Source: Pseudomonadota bacterium (GTDB lineage Bacteria; Pseudomonadota; Gammaproteobacteria; Steroidobacterales; Woeseiaceae). From it: 64,000 bases of DNA. Made by a program: the position numbers and the translations under genes. The stretch covers positions 7,295 to 71,294 of the forward strand of contig JADFNS010000009.1 in assembly GCA_022563255.1 (NCBI GenBank). Reading direction: 5' to 3'. Below, in pieces: positions 27,725 to 37,756 of the stretch. The notes beneath the pieces are model-generated. The model ran no database searches, had not been told where the DNA came from, and saw only the letters and a program-made list of their open reading frames with translations. How positions within the stretch are numbered: position 1 is the first letter of the stretch; every line of letters begins with the position of its first letter.

Positions 27725-28806
27725 TGAAGTCAGCATCACTGGCGGCGTTGTTGTGCGCAGCTTCGGTTCTGATCGCCAGCCCCGCATCGGCCGCAGAACA
27801 AAGCTGGGTCGATCGTATCCGGTTCAAGGGCGACGTGCGACTCCGATACGAGAGTATCGACGAGGAGTTTGCAGCAAAGCGCGAGCGCATGCGTTTTCGT
27901 GCGCGCTTTGGTTTTACCGCGGACGTTCGTGATGATCTGCAGGTCGTGTTGCAGCTCGCGTCGGGTGGCGATAATCCGGTCTCTACCAACCAGACGTTTG
28001 ATGATGGCTTCTCGCGTAAGGATATCGGCCTGGATCTCGCCTATGTGGACTGGCGTGTTAACGAGTCGTTGACGATCCAGGCTGGCAAGATGAAAAATCC
28101 CGTGTTCAAAGCCGGCAAGGTGCCGCTGATCTGGGATAGCGACCTGAACCCGGAAGGATTCGCCGCCAGGTTCCGTTCCGACAGGATGTTCGGAACAGTC
28201 GCTATTTTTTCGGTTGAGGAACGCAGCTCAGCCGACGATTCACTGTTGACCGTCGTGCAGGCCGGGGCGAAGTTTGCCTTGGGGGAAGCGTGGAAATTGA
28301 CGGTCGGCGCCGGATATTTCGCGTATTCCAATACGGTCGGCAATCGACCGTTCTACAATGGCAAGGCTCGCGGCAACTCGGTCGATACCGATGGCGACTA
28401 TCTTTTCGAATACAAAGATACCGAGGTTTTCGCCCAGGTCGAGTCGACGTTTTACGATTTGCCATTGCAGGTATTCGCGCACTTCGCACAGAACAACGCA
28501 GTGAGTACACAAGACAAGGCATTCTCGCTGGGCATCAAACTGGGCTCGGCCAAGGAGCGGGGCCAGTACGAATTCGCCTGGATTTATCAGGACATAGAAG
28601 CGGACGCCGTTATCGGCACCTACAACGACTCCGATTTTGCGGGAGGAGGCACGGACTCCAGGGGTCACATCCTGAAGGTGAAGGTCGGTCTGGCCAGGAA
28701 AATCTTCTTTGCGGGTACGCTGTTCGTGAACGCGAAAGACCGGTTCCAGGATATTGAGCACGATTATACTCGTGTGCAAATCGACATAGAATTCAGGTTC
28801 GATTAG
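27724..28806 (+). CDS. putative outer-membrane porin
   Basis: Signal ...ASPASA|AEQ, an alternating beta-strand pattern and a C-terminal IDIEFRFD. Confidence 0.6.
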   Translation: MKSASLAALLCAASVLIASPASAAEQSWVDRIRFKGDVRLRYESIDEEFAAKRERMRFRARFGFTADVRDDLQVVLQLASGGDNPVSTNQTFDDGFSRKDIGLDLAYVDWRVNESLTIQAGKMKNPVFKAGKVPLIWDSDLNPEGFAARFRSDRMFGTVAIFSVEERSSADDSLLTVVQAGAKFALGEAWKLTVGAGYFAYSNTVGNRPFYNGKARGNSVDTDGDYLFEYKDTEVFAQVESTFYDLPLQVFAHFAQNNAVSTQDKAFSLGIKLGSAKERGQYEFAWIYQDIEADAVIGTYNDSDFAGGGTDSRGHILKVKVGLARKIFFAGTLFVNAKDRFQDIEHDYTRVQIDIEFRFD

Positions 28807-28817
28807 CGAGGCTCGCG

Positions 28818-29306
28818 ATGTCACTGCCGAACAAGCGCGTCCTCAATCTGGCGGGATTTAGCAGTTGCGCCGCGATGATGGCTTTTGCCCTTTACTCGCA
28901 GCATGTCTTGCTGTTGGATCCGTGTCCGCTTTGCATCCTGCAGCGGATTGCCGTGATTCTGCTGGGAATTGTTTTTCTTGTAGCGGCAATTCACGATCCT
29001 GAGCGTTTCGGCAGCAGGGTGTACGCCGTTTTGTCCGGAGTGATTGCGATAGCCGGCGCGTCGATTGCCGGCTGGCACGCGCGCTTGCAGAACCTGCCCG
29101 CAGACGAGGTGCCGGGATGCGGTCCGGGTCTTGATTACATCATGGATAATTTTCCACTTCAGGATGCGTTGGGCCTGATTTTCAAGGGCTCGGGAGAGTG
29201 CGCGGAGATTGCCTGGAGCTTGTTGGGGCTTTCGATGCCGGTGTGGGTGCTTATCAGCTTGCTGGGGCTGGGAGCTGTCGGGGTTTGGAATTTGTGGCGC
29301 AGCTAG
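28818..29306 (+). CDS. dsbB: disulfide bond formation protein B
   Basis: 162 aa, 4 TM segments, with the LDPCPLCILQR CxxC motif and a second Cys pair in the periplasmic loop. Confidence 0.85.
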   Translation: MSLPNKRVLNLAGFSSCAAMMAFALYSQHVLLLDPCPLCILQRIAVILLGIVFLVAAIHDPERFGSRVYAVLSGVIAIAGASIAGWHARLQNLPADEVPGCGPGLDYIMDNFPLQDALGLIFKGSGECAEIAWSLLGLSMPVWVLISLLGLGAVGVWNLWRS

Positions 29307-30445
29307 TCGAGCAGCAGTTCAATGACTCTTTGGTACATTTTCGTCAATTGAACGACGTCGTCGACTTTTACGTGTTCATCGATTTTGTGGATTGACGCAT
29401 TGACTGGGCCGAGTTCGACGACATCGGCGCCGGCGGGCGAGATAAAGCGGCCGTCCGACGTGCCGCCGCCTGTCGACAGTTCGGGCGCCGAACCGGTGTG
29501 TTCCGTCACGGATTGCACGACAGCATCGATGAGTTTTCCCGATCGGGTCAGGAACGGTTCTCCGGAAAGATGCCATTCAATTTCGTAGTCGAGGTCGTGT
29601 GCATCGAAAATTTCGTGTACGCGCTTTTTTAAAGTCTCATAGTTCCATTCGGTTGAGTAACGGAAATTGAAGCGCGCCGAAAGTTGGGCCGGCGTTACGT
29701 TGGGCGCCCCGCTACCGCTCCTGATGTCGACCACCTGAAAACTTGTCGGCGGGAAATGCTCGTTGCCCTGATCCCATTCGATGTTGTGCAACTCGGCGAG
29801 TACCGGCGCAAAACCTTGTATCGGATTGTCGGCCAGATGCGGGTAGGCGACATGTCCTTGAATACCTTTGACGGTCAGCAATCCGCTCAGCGAGCCGCGC
29901 CGGCCGATTCGAATCACGTCGCCCAGCGTCTCCTGGCTCGACGGTTCGCCAAGTACACACCAGTCGATGCGCTCGCCACGGGCCTGCAGCGCCTGCATGA
30001 CCCGCAGAGTTCCGTCGCGCGCACGGCCTTCTTCGTCGCTGGTAAGCAGCACAGCGAGGCTACCCTGGTGGTCGCTGTGCCCGGCTACAAATTGTTCGAT
30101 TGCGATCATCATGGAGGCCAGGCCGCTTTTCATATCTGCAGAACCGCGGCCGTACAACAAGCCGTCGCGGCACGTTGGTGCAAACGGCGGGCTGGTCCAT
30201 TCCGATTCGTCGCCCGGTGGCACGACATCCGTATGACCGGCGAAGCAGAGCACGGGTGATGCAGTGCCGCGTCGCGCCCACAAGTTTGTGACGTCGCCGA
30301 AGACCATCGTTTCACATACAAATCCGATGGCCTCGAGACGATCGATAAGGACTTGCTGGCATCCTGCGTCTGCGGGCGTTATTGAATCGCGTCGCAACAG
30401 ATCACGCAGTAGTTCGATTTCGGGTTCGTCAGCGAGAGCTGCCAT
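29303..30445 (-). CDS. dapE: succinyl-diaminopimelate desuccinylase
   Basis: 380 aa M20 peptidase with GHTDVVP and SDEEG motifs, in the conserved yffB-dapE arrangement. Confidence 0.9.
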   Translation of the reverse strand: MAALADEPEIELLRDLLRRDSITPADAGCQQVLIDRLEAIGFVCETMVFGDVTNLWARRGTASPVLCFAGHTDVVPPGDESEWTSPPFAPTCRDGLLYGRGSADMKSGLASMMIAIEQFVAGHSDHQGSLAVLLTSDEEGRARDGTLRVMQALQARGERIDWCVLGEPSSQETLGDVIRIGRRGSLSGLLTVKGIQGHVAYPHLADNPIQGFAPVLAELHNIEWDQGNEHFPPTSFQVVDIRSGSGAPNVTPAQLSARFNFRYSTEWNYETLKKRVHEIFDAHDLDYEIEWHLSGEPFLTRSGKLIDAVVQSVTEHTGSAPELSTGGGTSDGRFISPAGADVVELGPVNASIHKIDEHVKVDDVVQLTKMYQRVIELLLD

Positions 30446-30794
30446 CGGATTTCTTGAGGAAGGCCGAAAATCGTTTTTCCGAAAAGCCGACGGCGATGAA
30501 CTGCGGAGATTCCAGAACCGGTCGTTTCACAAGCGTTGGATTGTCGAGCATCAGGGAAAACGCACGGTCTTTGGTCATGTCGCTGCGATCGACTTCCGGA
30601 ATCTTGCGCCAGGTCAGGCTTTGCTTGTTGAGCAGCGCGGTCCAGGCAATGCGCGCCGACCAACGCTCGAGCATCTGGATGTCCAGACCGTCGTCACGAA
30701 CATCGTGAAATCGGAACTCAATGTCATTTTCCGCGAAAAACTTGCGCGCTTTTCTGCAAGTGTCGCAACTCTTGATTCCGAATACCGTTAGCAT
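30429..30794 (-). CDS. yffB: ArsC/Spx-family reductase-like protein (YffB-like)
   Basis: Internal ATG at 30794 gives MLTVFGIKSCDTCRKARKFF. Located upstream of dapE, as in E. coli. Confidence 0.8.
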   Translation of the reverse strand: MLTVFGIKSCDTCRKARKFFAENDIEFRFHDVRDDGLDIQMLERWSARIAWTALLNKQSLTWRKIPEVDRSDMTKDRAFSLMLDNPTLVKRPVLESPQFIAVGFSEKRFSAFLKKSDGSSR

Positions 30795-30795
30795 G

Positions 30796-33369
30796 TCAGG
30801 CGTATGGTAGCAGCAACGCGCGCCGCAATTCATCTTGAGCGTCATCGGTGAGCGGCTGCCCCGACGCGTCACTGATATAAAATACGTCCTCTGCACGTTC
30901 GCCGATCGTCATGATCTTCGCGGACGCGATGTTGATTCCCTGTTCGATAAATACCTGGCCAACGTGGCTCAGAAGCCCGGGCCTGTCCGCGGCGATCAGT
31001 TCCAGCACGGTCTCGTTGCCGGACAAGCTGGCGCTGAAATGGACCCGGGTCTGAGTCTTGAACACGCGCGCCTGACGGGTCATTGCGCGAGTGACTTTGG
31101 CGACCTCGTTATCGCCGGCGGTCAGGATACGCGTCAGCGACCGCCTGATCTTGTCCAGGCGGGTCTCGTCGATCTCAACGCGCTTGTCCTGCTCCATAAA
31201 GACAAACGTGTCGATACTGAAGCCGCGTTCCAGCGGCACGATGCGCGCGTCCATAATTGTCATGCCGAGCTCGCCCAGGACCGCCGTGGCGTGCGCGAAA
31301 GTCCGTTTTTTGCGTGGCGTCAGCAATACGGCTTCTGCGCCATCGCCGGTTTTTCGGCGTCTGATAGCCACGAGGCCGGCCGCCGGGTCTTTGCCGGAAT
31401 CGGCCAGCCACTGTGTATGCCAGGCGATTTCCGCGCTGCGATGGCGCAGGAAGTAGTTTTTGTTGAACAGCTTCCAGACATCGTCGATGCGATCGTCGCT
31501 GATTTTTAAGTTGCGCAGAGTCTGCCTGGCCTTTTCCTGTTTCTCGAGGACGAGCTGTTCACTCTCGATCGGATTCTCCAGGCCGCGTCGCAACGCGCGC
31601 TTCGTCAACTCGTACAAGTCCCGGAACAGCTGCGCTTTCCACGAATTCCACAATTTTGGATTTGTCGCGCGGACGTCGGCGACCGTCAGCACATAGAGGT
31701 AGTCGAGATGCAGCGGATCGCCGACCAGCTTCGCAAACTCGGCGATAACGTCCGGGTCGCCGAGATCCTTCTTTTGTGCCGTGGTCGACAGAATCAGGTG
31801 GTAGCGTACAAGCCATGCAACGGTGCGCGCCTCGTACTTGCTGAGGCCGTGCTCCAGGCAAAATGCAGCGGCGTCGACGGCGCCCAGTTCGGAATGATCG
31901 CCGCCGCGTCCTTTGGCGATGTCGTGGAACAGTCCGGCCAGGTACACGATCTCCGGCGCTTCGATGGACTGCATGATCTGACTGCAGTGCGGGAATTCGT
32001 GATCGAATCTGGGCAGGGCGAAGCGCCGCAGATTGCTGACGACAAACAGCGTGTGCTCATCGACCGTGTAAGCGTGAAACAGGTCGTATTGCATGCGCCC
32101 GACAATGCGGCCGAAGGCCGGAATATAAAGCCCGAGGACGCCGTACAGATTCATGCGTCGCAATTCATTCGTAGCGCCTTCGGGCGCGCGCAATATGTTC
32201 AGAAAGAGACGGTGGTTGCGCGGATTTTGCCGAAATTCGTCGTCGATCAGGTGCAAGTGGCGCTTGATGGAGCCCACCGTGTAGGCGCTCACGCCGCGCA
32301 GTTCCGGCTGTTGCTGCAACAGAAGGAACATTTCGAGCATGGCGGATGGATCCTCCCGGAAAACGTCCTCGTTGGCCGTCTGCAAGAAACCGTTCTTGAC
32401 CTGGAAGCGCTCGTTTAGCGGTTCGGCCGGCGCATCAGGATCCATAAGAATGGCTTCTTCGAACTGCTGCAGCAGCATTTCGTTGAGGCGGCTCAATTCC
32501 ATCACGGTGCGGTAATAGCGTTGCATGAGTTGCTCCACCGCCAGCGTGTAAGCCGCATCCTCATAGCCCAGCATCCTGGCCAGTTTGGCCTGGTGGTCGA
32601 ACAACAGTCGGTCTTCCCGGCGGCCGGTTATGATGTGCAACGCGAAGCGTATGCGCCAGAGAAAAGCCTCGCCGTCTGCAAGTCGTTGCAGCTGTTGCGG
32701 CGTCAGGAACTCGTGCTTCACGAGTTCCGCCAGGGTCGCAGCGCCAAAGTGTCGCTTGGCCACCCAGCCGATCATCTGAATGTCACGCAAGCCGCCCGGA
32801 CCGCCTTTTACGTTGGGTTCCAGGTTGTAGGCGGTGTCATGGTAACGGTGGTGCCGGGCGATTTGTTCCTTGCGTTTTGCCGAAAAAAACTCGGCCGATG
32901 GCCACATGCGTCCGGGTTCAATGACCTGCTGAACGGCGCCAAACAGGCTCTCGGGTCCCACCAGCAGACGGGATTCCATCAGCGTCGTCGCGATCGTGAG
33001 ATTGGCCTTGGCTTCTTCAAAACATTGTTCGATCGTGCGCACGCTGTGCCCGATATCGAGGCCCAGATCCCACAGGCAGGTGACGAAGCCCGACAATGCC
33101 TCCCTGCTGGCCTCGGTCACCTTGTCGGGCAGCAAAATCATGATGTCGATGTCCGAGCACGGATGCAGTTCACCACGTCCGTAGCCGCCCACGGCGAGCA
33201 GCGCTGCGCCGCGGTCTCCAACGTGCTCGTTCCACAGCCTGACAAGGATTTCATCGACGATGCCGGCGCGGGCGTGAACCAGGTTGACAACGGACTCGCC
33301 GGCTTCGAATCGTTCCCGCAGATCCACGCCGGCGATGAGAAGCTCTTCGCGAGTTTTTCCGTAAGTCAT
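30796..33369 (-). CDS. glnD: bifunctional [protein-PII] uridylyltransferase/uridylyl-removing enzyme
   Basis: About 857 aa with nucleotidyltransferase (GGYGRGELHPCSDID), HD (FHDIAKGRGGDH) and two ACT-like C-terminal domains. ATG at 33369 avoids overlapping map. Confidence 0.9.
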   Translation of the reverse strand: MTYGKTREELLIAGVDLRERFEAGESVVNLVHARAGIVDEILVRLWNEHVGDRGAALLAVGGYGRGELHPCSDIDIMILLPDKVTEASREALSGFVTCLWDLGLDIGHSVRTIEQCFEEAKANLTIATTLMESRLLVGPESLFGAVQQVIEPGRMWPSAEFFSAKRKEQIARHHRYHDTAYNLEPNVKGGPGGLRDIQMIGWVAKRHFGAATLAELVKHEFLTPQQLQRLADGEAFLWRIRFALHIITGRREDRLLFDHQAKLARMLGYEDAAYTLAVEQLMQRYYRTVMELSRLNEMLLQQFEEAILMDPDAPAEPLNERFQVKNGFLQTANEDVFREDPSAMLEMFLLLQQQPELRGVSAYTVGSIKRHLHLIDDEFRQNPRNHRLFLNILRAPEGATNELRRMNLYGVLGLYIPAFGRIVGRMQYDLFHAYTVDEHTLFVVSNLRRFALPRFDHEFPHCSQIMQSIEAPEIVYLAGLFHDIAKGRGGDHSELGAVDAAAFCLEHGLSKYEARTVAWLVRYHLILSTTAQKKDLGDPDVIAEFAKLVGDPLHLDYLYVLTVADVRATNPKLWNSWKAQLFRDLYELTKRALRRGLENPIESEQLVLEKQEKARQTLRNLKISDDRIDDVWKLFNKNYFLRHRSAEIAWHTQWLADSGKDPAAGLVAIRRRKTGDGAEAVLLTPRKKRTFAHATAVLGELGMTIMDARIVPLERGFSIDTFVFMEQDKRVEIDETRLDKIRRSLTRILTAGDNEVAKVTRAMTRQARVFKTQTRVHFSASLSGNETVLELIAADRPGLLSHVGQVFIEQGINIASAKIMTIGERAEDVFYISDASGQPLTDDAQDELRRALLLPYA

Positions 33370-33376
33370 TGTTATT

Positions 33377-34141
33377 TCAGCGTTCGTCGGCACCGAGTGT
33401 GAGTACCTCAAAACCGTCTTCGGTAATCAGGCAGGTATGTTCCCACTGCGCCGAGAGGCTGTGATCCTTGGTGACAACGGTCCACTGGTCCGGCAGGAGT
33501 CTTATGCCGGCCTTGCCGGCGTTGACCATGGGTTCGACCGTCAGCGTCATTCCTGCGCGCAATTTGAGGCCGGTGCCGCGTTTGCCGTAGTGCAGGACTT
33601 GCGGGTCCTCGTGGAATACCTCACCGATTCCGTGGCCGCAGTATTCGCGCACGACCGAAAAGCGATGTTTTTCCACGTGTTTTTGCACGGCCGCGCCGAT
33701 ATCGCCCAAATGCTTGCCGGGACCCAGTTCCCTGATGCCTAACCACATGCTTTCAAAGGTAATTTCGGATAATCGCTTCGCCTGGATATTCTCTTTTCCG
33801 GCGAAAAACATGCGGCTGGTGTCACCGTGAAAGCCGTCCTTGATGACCGTGACGTCAATATTGACGGCATCGCCTGCCTTAAGCGTCTTGTCGCCGGGAA
33901 TCCCGTGACAGACCACATGATTGACCGAGGTGCAAATCGATTTGGGGAAGCCCCGGTAATTGAGCGGGGCCGGGATCGCCTGCTGGGTAACAGTGATGAA
34001 TTCATGGCAAATACGGTCCAGCTCACCGGTCGTGATGCCGGGCTTTACATAATCCCCGATCATATCGAGAACATCGGCAGCCAGCCGTCCTGCGACGCGC
34101 ATTTTGGTCTGCTGTTGTGGCGTTTTGATCGTGATGCTCAT
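33377..34141 (-). CDS. map: type I methionine aminopeptidase
   Basis: 254 aa with VCHGIP, DVTV and GHGIG motifs. Confidence 0.95.
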   Translation of the reverse strand: MSITIKTPQQQTKMRVAGRLAADVLDMIGDYVKPGITTGELDRICHEFITVTQQAIPAPLNYRGFPKSICTSVNHVVCHGIPGDKTLKAGDAVNIDVTVIKDGFHGDTSRMFFAGKENIQAKRLSEITFESMWLGIRELGPGKHLGDIGAAVQKHVEKHRFSVVREYCGHGIGEVFHEDPQVLHYGKRGTGLKLRAGMTLTVEPMVNAGKAGIRLLPDQWTVVTKDHSLSAQWEHTCLITEDGFEVLTLGADER

Positions 34142-34189
34142 TGGGCTGCAGTTAAAACCGTTTCCTCATGAATTTGTTGCCATTGCGCG

Positions 34190-34218
34190 TTGTTGGGCGC
34201 GACCGGCTATGGTATAAA
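34190..34218 (+). promoter_or_regulatory. candidate rpsB promoter (TTGTTG-17 nt-TATAAA with an extended -10 TG)
   Basis: -35 at 34190-34195 and tgG-TATAAA at 34210-34218, about 127 nt upstream of the rpsB ATG. Confidence 0.45.
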
Positions 34219-34344
34219 GCGCGCGCCCTTGTAGCAACTCAGGGGCAAATACTACACACGTGTACCGACACATTTCGCAGGGTGCCCCACCTGAAAAGGG
34301 GTTGCGGAATGGGGTATGCGGAGGCTTAACCCGGAGACAACACA

Positions 34345-35478
34345 ATGGCAGACGTAACCATGCGCCAGATGCTAGAGGCTGGCGTGCATTTCGGTCATCA
34401 GACCCGTTACTGGAACCCAAAGATGGCCCCCTACATCTTTGGCGATCGTAACAAAATCCACATCATCAATCTCGAACAGAGTTTGCCACTGGCGCGCGAA
34501 GCCTGTGCTTTTATTAAAGCCACGGTCGCCGATGGCGGCAAAGTCATGTTTGTTGGCACGAAGCGTGCGGCTCGCGAGGCGATTCAGACACACGCGCGGC
34601 GCGTCGGAATGCCCTTCGTATCGCAACGCTGGCTCGGCGGCATGCTGACCAATTACAAGACGATTCGCCAGTCCGTAAAGCGACTTCTGGTGCTGGAGGA
34701 GATGTCCGAAGACGGCACATTCGACAGCCTCACCAAGAAAGAAGTCCTTGGTCTGACCCGCGAGCGGGATAAACTTGAACGCAGCCTCGGCGGTATCAAG
34801 GAAATGCATGCGCTGCCCGACGTTCTGTTTATCGTCGACGTCGATCATGAGGATATTGCGTTGCGCGAAGCGAAGAAGCTGGGTATCCCCGTCGTCGCCA
34901 TCGTTGACACGAATTGCTCACCCGATAATGTTGACTATGTCATCCCCGGCAATGACGACGCGATGCGCGCCATAGAGCTGTATGCAGGAATGATTGCTGA
35001 CGCGGTGCTTGAGGGCAAGGCGTCTCTTCCGGAAGTGGCGTTGAGCGACGATGACTTCATCGAACTCGACGAAGACGGCAAGCCGAAGAAGGTGAGCGCC
35101 AGAAAGAAGGCAGCGCCGCAGAAGAAAGCAGCCAAGAAAACCGTCAAGAAGGTCGTCGTTAAGAAAGCGTCGACCAGGAAGCTTGTCGAGAAGGCGGACG
35201 ATCAGGCCGCAGCCAAGACCGAGGTGCAAGCCGATGAGAAGGCGGAGCCGGTAGCCGAGAAGAAGGCCGAAGCCAAGACCGAGAAGAAGGTCGAGGCCAA
35301 GACCGAGAAGAAGGTCGAGGCCAAGACCGAGAAGAAGGCCGAAGCCAAGACCGAGAAAAAGGTCGAAGCCAAGACCGAGAAAAAGGTCGAAGCCAAGACC
35401 GAGAAGAAGGCCAAGGCAAAAACGACGGCGAAGAAGAAAACACCAACCAAGGCCAAAGCTAAAGCCGGGGAGGACTGA
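34345..35478 (+). CDS. rpsB: 30S ribosomal protein S2 with a long Lys/Ala/Glu-rich C-terminal extension
   Basis: Canonical S2 core ([19 protein letters not shown]...) for about 245 aa, then about 130 extra residues containing KTEKKVEA repeats. Confidence 0.95.
   Translation: MADVTMRQMLEAGVHFGHQTRYWNPKMAPYIFGDRNKIHIINLEQSLPLAREACAFIKATVADGGKVMFVGTKRAAREAIQTHARRVGMPFVSQRWLGGMLTNYKTIRQSVKRLLVLEEMSEDGTFDSLTKKEVLGLTRERDKLERSLGGIKEMHALPDVLFIVDVDHEDIALREAKKLGIPVVAIVDTNCSPDNVDYVIPGNDDAMRAIELYAGMIADAVLEGKASLPEVALSDDDFIELDEDGKPKKVSARKKAAPQKKAAKKTVKKVVVKKASTRKLVEKADDQAAAKTEVQADEKAEPVAEKKAEAKTEKKVEAKTEKKVEAKTEKKAEAKTEKKVEAKTEKKVEAKTEKKAKAKTTAKKKTPTKAKAKAGED
35272..35415 (+). repeat. 6 x 24-bp in-frame tandem repeat (AKTEKK[V/A][E/K]) inside the rpsB tail
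   Basis: Unit gccaagaccgagaagaaggtcgag. Copies 1-3 and 4-6 form a 72-bp higher-order duplicate (gagaagaaggtcgaggcc versus gagaaaaaggtcgaagcc). Confidence 0.9.
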
Positions 35479-35481
35479 CGC

Positions 35482-36357
35482 ATGTCTGTCTCTGCATCGT
35501 TGGTGAAAGAACTTCGCGAACGCACGGGCGCGGGCATGATGGAATGCAAAAAAGCGTTGGTCGAAACAGAGGGCGATCTGGAAGCGGCTGTCGACGTATT
35601 GCGCAAATCGGGTCAGGCCAGGGCGGACAGGAAGGCAGGTCGTGTCGCCGCTGACGGTCGCGTTGTCGTCAGCCAGGATGGCGACAAGGTGGTCATCGTC
35701 GAGATCAACTCGGAAACGGACTTCGTGGCCAAAGACGAGAATTTCGAGGCGTTTGCTGCAGCGGTTGCCGCTGCGGCCCTCGGCAGCGGTACGACCGACG
35801 TTGTAGAACTCGCCGCGCAGCCACTTGACGACGGCAGGACGGTCGAAGAGGCGCGCACCGCGCTCGTGACGAAAGTCGGCGAAAACATATCGGTGCGCCG
35901 TGTCGCGATTGTCGACCATGCCGGACCGATCGGTTTTTACACGCACGGCCTGCGCATTGGCGCGGTCGTAGCGCTTGAAGGCGGCGATAGCGAACTTGCG
36001 CGCGATATTGCGATGCACGTTGCGGCGATCAACCCTGCGTGCATCGACGAAAGCGGTGTCGATGCGGATACGCTGGCTAGGGAGCGGAGCATCTACCAGG
36101 AACAGGCGGAAGCCTCAGGCAAGCCACCTGAAATCGTCGAGAAAATGGTGACGGGCCGGGTCGCCAAGTTCCTCAAAGAAATTACTCTGGTTGGTCAACC
36201 GTTCGTCAAGGATTCCGACCAGACTGTCGGCGCCCTCCTGCAAGGGGCCAGCGCCAGCGTTGCCAGCTTTGTCCGCTTTGAAGTGGGTGAAGGGATAGCA
36301 AAGAAAGTGGATAATTTCGCCGCAGAAGTGATGGCGCAGGTGAACAGCGCGGGTTAG
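35482..36357 (+). CDS. tsf: elongation factor Ts
   Basis: SASLVKELRERTGAGMMECKKAL is the UBA-like N-terminus of EF-Ts. Confidence 0.95.
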   Translation: MSVSASLVKELRERTGAGMMECKKALVETEGDLEAAVDVLRKSGQARADRKAGRVAADGRVVVSQDGDKVVIVEINSETDFVAKDENFEAFAAAVAAAALGSGTTDVVELAAQPLDDGRTVEEARTALVTKVGENISVRRVAIVDHAGPIGFYTHGLRIGAVVALEGGDSELARDIAMHVAAINPACIDESGVDADTLARERSIYQEQAEASGKPPEIVEKMVTGRVAKFLKEITLVGQPFVKDSDQTVGALLQGASASVASFVRFEVGEGIAKKVDNFAAEVMAQVNSAG

Positions 36358-36407
36358 CTTTGTCGTGCGCTGCGCCGCCGTGATGGCAATATTATAAAGG
36401 GTGATCA

Positions 36408-37130
36408 ATGAGTGACAATCCGGTTCAGTATCGTCGTGTATTGCTGAAACTCAGCGGTGAGGCGCTGATGGGGGATCTGGATTACGGCATCGAGCCGAAA
36501 GTTATTCAGCGCATTGCGGGTGAGATTTCCACAGCCCTCAAGACCGGCGTCGAAATCGCGATCGTGATCGGCGGTGGCAATATTTTCCGCGGAGCAGGTC
36601 TGGCGCGTGCGGGTATGGACCGGGTGACCGGTGACTACATGGGTATGCTCGCGACGGTGATGAATGCACTGGCGATTCAGGACGCACTCGAAGCGATCGA
36701 TGTCTATGCACGCGTGATGTCGGCGCTGCGGATCAACGAGGTTTGTGAGGACTATATCCGGCGACGCGCGGTGCGGCATCTGGAAAAGGGCCGGGTCGTG
36801 ATACTCGCCGCCGGCACCGGAAACCCGTTTTTCACAACGGATACAGCGGCCAGCCTGCGTGCCATCGAAATTGGCGCTGATGTATTGTTGAAAGCGACTA
36901 AAGTCGACGGCGTATACGACTCCGATCCGATGATCAATCCGGACGCGAAGCGCTACGACTCGGTATCCTACGATCAGGTGCTGTCGGAAAAACTTCTGGT
37001 CATGGATGCGACGGCGATCGTAATGTGTCGCGATAACAATTTGCCGTTACGCATATTCGATTTATCGCGTGCGAACGCGTTGGTGCTGGCAATGACAGGC
37101 GACGATATCGGGACGGTGGTCACTGCCTGA
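36408..37130 (+). CDS. pyrH: UMP kinase
   Basis: [13 protein letters not shown]...GGGNIFRG. Confidence 0.95.
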   Translation: MSDNPVQYRRVLLKLSGEALMGDLDYGIEPKVIQRIAGEISTALKTGVEIAIVIGGGNIFRGAGLARAGMDRVTGDYMGMLATVMNALAIQDALEAIDVYARVMSALRINEVCEDYIRRRAVRHLEKGRVVILAAGTGNPFFTTDTAASLRAIEIGADVLLKATKVDGVYDSDPMINPDAKRYDSVSYDQVLSEKLLVMDATAIVMCRDNNLPLRIFDLSRANALVLAMTGDDIGTVVTA

Positions 37131-37164
37131 CGGGGTGGCGGCAATATCGAGAGGGCTATTAAAC

Positions 37165-37722
37165 GTGTTAGACGAAATCAAAAAAGACGCGACCAACAGG
37201 ATGGCCAGGAGTGTGGCTGCATTGCAGCAGGAGCTGACAAAAATTCGCACGGGCCGTGCACACACGAGTTTGTTGGATCACATTACCGTCGAGTACTACG
37301 GTAGTCAGGTTCCACTGAGTCAAGTCTCCAACGTCGGCATAGAAGACTCGCGTACATTGATCATCACGCCGTGGGAAAAAGATATGGTGCAGCCCATTGA
37401 AAAGGCAATTATGTCATCGGATCTGGGCCTGAATCCTGCCACGGCCGGTACCGTCATTCGGGTGCCGCTGCCCGCGCTGACCGAAGAGCGTCGCAAGGAC
37501 ATGATTCGTATCGTGCGGCATGAAGCCGAAAGCGGCCGCATCGCCATTCGCAGTATTCGCCGCGACGCGTTGCACAACGTGAAGGAACTGCTCAAGGAAA
37601 AAATGATAGGCGAAGACGATGAACGTCGCGCGGAAGGCGAAATTCAGGGCATTACCGATAAATTTGTCGGACAGATCGACGGTCATCTGGCGGACAAGGA
37701 ATCCGAGTTGATGGAGATTTAG
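37165..37722 (+). CDS. frr: ribosome recycling factor
   Basis: GTG at 37165 with GAGAGGG upstream gives a 185-aa product starting (M)[16 protein letters not shown]. The ORF is open from 37135. Confidence 0.9.
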   Translation: MLDEIKKDATNRMARSVAALQQELTKIRTGRAHTSLLDHITVEYYGSQVPLSQVSNVGIEDSRTLIITPWEKDMVQPIEKAIMSSDLGLNPATAGTVIRVPLPALTEERRKDMIRIVRHEAESGRIAIRSIRRDALHNVKELLKEKMIGEDDERRAEGEIQGITDKFVGQIDGHLADKESELMEI

Positions 37723-37756
37723 GGGGTTCGACTCCTTTAATCTACCCGAGCTGACA

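Noticed and set aside
34918-36018. 366-aa minus-strand ORF with a striking [12 protein letters not shown] repeat.
   Set aside because: It is the reverse-complement reading of the rpsB tail repeat and of tsf. The repeat is explained by the 24-bp tandem repeat in rpsB.
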